DNA from: Torpedo marmorata
Lineage: Eukaryota
Length of the DNA: 64,000 nt
Reading direction: 5' to 3'
Assembly: GCA_977017645.1 (NCBI GenBank)
Contig: OZ360239.1
Location: forward strand, 50,282,001 to 50,346,000
Below the pieces are notes generated by a model that had not been told where the DNA came from, searched no databases, and was given only the letters and a program-made list of their open reading frames with translations. The position numbers were made by a program, and so were the translations under genes. This document shows, piece after piece, positions 60,276 through 64,000 of this stretch (the first letter of the stretch is position 1; the number at the start of each line of letters is the position of its first letter).

Positions 60276-60579
60276 ACTCTCTACTTAAACAAGGACGTCT
60301 GCAGATTCTGGGGTCGAGTGCAATACACAAATGTGCTGAAGAAACTTAGCAGGTCACACGCTTCGGGCCTTGGTCCTTTTTCGCCCTCTACTTAATGGAA
60401 ATGCATGTGTTTAAGATAGTATTGGTAGGCATAACAATTGCACAATCTTTGTGGAGAAAAGGTACGCTCTTTGCACCGAGGATAGTTCTATTGTGTGATG
60501 TGAGATTATCATTGTGCTAAATGGGACAGATTCTGAGCAGTTCCGTCAACTCAAAACTGGGTCCTATGAAGTATTAAAC

Positions 60580-61470
60580 AAGAAAGTCTGCAGACGCTGT
60601 GGTCATAGTTTAGACAAAAATGCTGGAGAAACTCAGCAAGTCATGCAGCGTTCTTTATGTAGCAAAGATAAAGATACATAATCAACATTTCAGGCATGAG
60701 CCCTTCATCAAGGTACGAGCAAAAAGCAGACAGGCGCCTGAATAAAATGGTGGGGGGAGGGGCAAGGGGAGGAGCACAGACCCACAGGCAAGAGGTCATA
60801 GGTGGATATGGGTTGGAGGGCATAAGAAGAAAAAGCTGAGAAGTGATAGGGGTGATAAGTGATTGCTCTCTGAATGGAGAAGGAAAGGGGTGGAGACCTG
60901 GACGAAAGGAGACTGCGGGATGGGGAAGAGAAGGAGACATGGGGAGTAGCATAATGGAAACCAGAGAAGTTAATGTTAATTCCATCCAGTTGGAGAATAC
61001 CCAGATAGAATATTAGGTGTTTCTTCTGCAATTTACAGATAGCTTCAGTTTGGCAGTTCACAAGGCCGTGGAAAGTCATGTTGGCGCAGGAGTGGGGCGC
61101 GGAATTGAAATGGTTTGGCACTGGGAGATCTCCGCCATTGTTGCGGACAGAGGGAAGGTGCTCAACTATATGATCTCCCAGTCTACACCAAGTCTCTCTG
61201 ATGTAGAAAAGGCCACAAGGGCAGCACTGGATGCAGTAGAAGACCCCTGCACATTCACGTGAAGTGTTGCTTCACTTGAAAAGACTGTTTGGGGCCTGGA
61301 ATTGTGGTGAGGGAGAAGGTGTGGACACAAGTGTAGCACTTCCTGTGGTCATGGGGGTAGGTACCAAGGGGGCGATTAGTGGGAAGGGATTGTTGAAGTA
61401 GGGAGTCACGGAGGAAGCCAACCCTGCAGAAGGCGGAGATGTGAAGATATATCTGGTGGTGGGATCTGCG
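60580..61470 (-). mobile_element. Penelope 3' fragment (GIY-YIG plus pLTR)
   Basis: ORF 60708-61121 (PNHFNS..HS..HLIFYLG.LQ.DGININFS) and pLTR with hammerhead-like motif. Confidence 0.85.
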
Positions 61471-61949
61471 AAGTATTGTGAGTCAGAGCTGAGAATTGCA
61501 ATATATTATAATCCGTAACCTAATTTCCCAACCTATCCACCACTCTACGGTATCATCAAGTACAAGACTATTTCTGGTGCAAAGAGGAGTGTAGAGAATG
61601 CCAATTCTATGATTACATAAAAATGAGGAGCCAATTTGGTAGAGCTACAACTTATGTATGGTAATCATGCAGTTGTCAAAACTAAACCATCACTGCCTTT
61701 TCCTGAGGCCCCCACCATCACAGGATCTAGTTTTCAGTAAATTCAATTCACTTCATATGATGTCATGAGACGGCTGTATCTGAAGGCCTTGAGACCAGAC
61801 AATATCCACCTGCGCTACTGAAAACCTTTGCTTCAAAACTAGCTATTCCTCTTGCCAAGCTGTTCTAGATAGAATGACACAAGATAGAAAATTGACCAAC
61901 TATGCTCTGCTCACAAAAAGTTTGATAAATCCAGTCTGAACCATTAAAA

Positions 61950-63140
61950 TACTTAGATCCTAGCACTAATCCTTGAGGCATTCCACTAGTAATAATTTGC
62001 AAACCTGAAAATTACCAATTTATTGCAGCTCTTGTTCACATCGATGTTATCCTCAATCAAAAAATAACTTTTGTCTTGCACAGTCACTTATTGTGTGACA
62101 TCTTCTTGGATGCATTTTGTAAATAAAAAAAAATCTATTCATTGTTGGCTGTTTATCTATCTTGAAAGATAGATCCTCAAAGAATTCTAATAAATTTGTT
62201 AAACACAATTTTTCCTTTTCACAAAACAATGCAATCATATTTACTCAATCAAATCCTGATTTTTGTAAGCACCCTGTTATCATATCTTAAAATTAACTGT
62301 CCTGTGGTTTCTTGTTTACTCTCCACTTCCTATTTTGAATAGTTGCGTTATATTGTCCATATTTGTTCATGTGCTCTCTGTCATATCCCTTGTAATATTC
62401 TCTTGCATTTTCACAATTATTGATGTCCTCTGGCTTTAGACTCCGCTACCTTGAGAAAAAAAACTGCGACCATTCACCTTAGCTCTATCCCTCATGATTT
62501 TATATGCCTCTATATGGTCACCCCTCAGCTTCCTACGCTCCAGAGAAAAAAAGTTCTAGCCTATCAAGTCTCTCCTTATAACTCAAGCCCTCCAGTCCTG
62601 GTAACATACTTGTGAATCTTTTTCTACCCTTTCAGGGTTAATGACATCCTTCCTTTAGTAAGACGACCAGAACTGCACACCATGCACCAAGTGTGGCCTT
62701 ACCTACATCTTGTACAACTGTAACATGACATTCCAACTCCTGTGCTCAATGCCTTGACTGATGAAGTCAAACCAGTATCATTGTATTGTGCCATTCTTGC
62801 TCTTGTCTTGAAAACATCTCATAATGGCCAACATTTTCACAATTATACTAAATCTAAATTGCTTGAACATCTGATTTCAGTAACTAGTATGCAACGATAC
62901 CCAGATTCTTTTCTGCATTAACATTTTCCAATTTCTCACCACTTATACAATATTATTTCTGCTTTAGTGACTAAAGTAGATGACTTCATATTTCTATGTT
63001 ATACTGAATCTGCCATGTATTTGCCCACTCAATCAACTTGTCTTAATCATCTTGAAGCCATTTTGTATCCCTTTTCATATCGAGTATCATGCGTTTATCA
63101 AATTTAGAAATAGTACATTTAGTTTCTTCATCCAAATCAC
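61950..63140 (-). mobile_element. Old CR1 relics
   Basis: LCLTNLLEFFED (62053-62238) and CR1 3' coding sequence at about 62430-62770. Confidence 0.6.
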
Positions 63141-64000
63141 AAATGTGAGGTTACAATATGATAAGCAAGTTAAAATTGCATTCTTCATGAATGCACGGGT
63201 ATATCAGGTTAATAAAATTGAAATTTTGTAATGCCATGAGATTGGTCATTATAGCACAAAAAGAGACAACTTTTAGGCTAGATCAGGATAAAAGCTGTAT
63301 ACCATATTTGCAGTATATGCATGAGATAATATGTGGAAAAGAGGTGAAGCCAGAGAATTAAAGATTTTACAATAAAAAGGAGGCAGCATAGGCAGACATT
63401 TAGATAGAATGACTTCAATAATCAAAAATAGATTGGATTAAAAAGAAAATAACTTGCCAAGAAAAAGAAGAGGTTTCCAGGACTGATTTTAAAAACTAGT
63501 ATGTTCTCATCCTGTCAAAGAAATAGTTCAGTATCCCATTACTCCAAAATGAGACAAGAACATAGGCAATGTACTGGCAGAGGAACATATTGAAAGCAGC
63601 TGCCATAATATTATTATGTTGAATATAATGTTGATAGATGACACTGGATTAGAAAATCTAATTTCAATAAATTAAAACTTGATAACAGAAAACAAAATAT
63701 GAAAATGGTGGATATCTCAGACAGGAAAAAATATAGACACTTTGGAAGCACTCACCATCCTTGGAGGGATGAAGGTAGGGCAGAAGTTTTAGATCTTATG
63801 ACAATCCCTTAGGAAGAAGAAGGAAACAGATTAAATAAATTAGAAGGAAAAATTGGCAGGTAAAACTATCGTTGAAAAACAGGAACCATGTGTTTGGGAG
63901 TGAAACTAAATATTTTCCTGTAAGAAGTGGGAGTGTGGTTGTGTAAAGAGTTAGAAAAAGTTGGACTTCCTTGCACAAGAAAATTAGACTTTTACAAAGA

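Overview
Repeat-dense, apparently gene-free vertebrate genomic DNA. The repeat inventory (CR1 LINEs with an esterase ORF1, Rex1/Babar LINE 3' ends, L1-clade 3' ends, Neptune-type Penelope elements, a V-SINE) points to a cartilaginous fish, probably a ray; this is inference. No host exon could be supported. Three LTR retrotransposons with target-site duplications (TSDs) dominate the window: (1) a decayed full-length BEL/Pao element (1773-10323, minus, TSD CATAG) with a related solo LTR nested in its 5' LTR; (2) a Gypsy element (14004-18397, minus, TSD GTAA, tRNA-Trp PBS); (3) a non-autonomous BEL/Pao relative (49440-55153, plus, TSD ATTAT) in which RT/RNase H/integrase are replaced by coiled-coil-coding cargo. 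Two shared features of the BEL/Pao elements stand out. First, neither has a TGG-type tRNA primer-binding site; the 13-14 nt starting 5 nt after the 5' LTR are instead perfectly complementary to a segment of the element's own LTR, and the two arms co-vary between the elements. This suggests tRNA-independent self-priming or a long-range RNA switch. Second, Gag begins with a SAP domain that closely resembles the N-terminus of the host SAFB/SLTM proteins, suggesting host-gene capture. Other notable items: hammerhead-like motifs and fold-backs in Penelope pLTRs, hAT inverted repeats enclosing a nearly whole CR1, a 5S-rRNA-derived micro-retrocopy, and a tRNA-Thr SINE whose 3' stem-loop tail is shared with an unclassified 0.87-kb retroposon. 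All alignments were done by eye; family names rest on recalled motifs, not database searches. Boundaries without a stated TSD are approximate.
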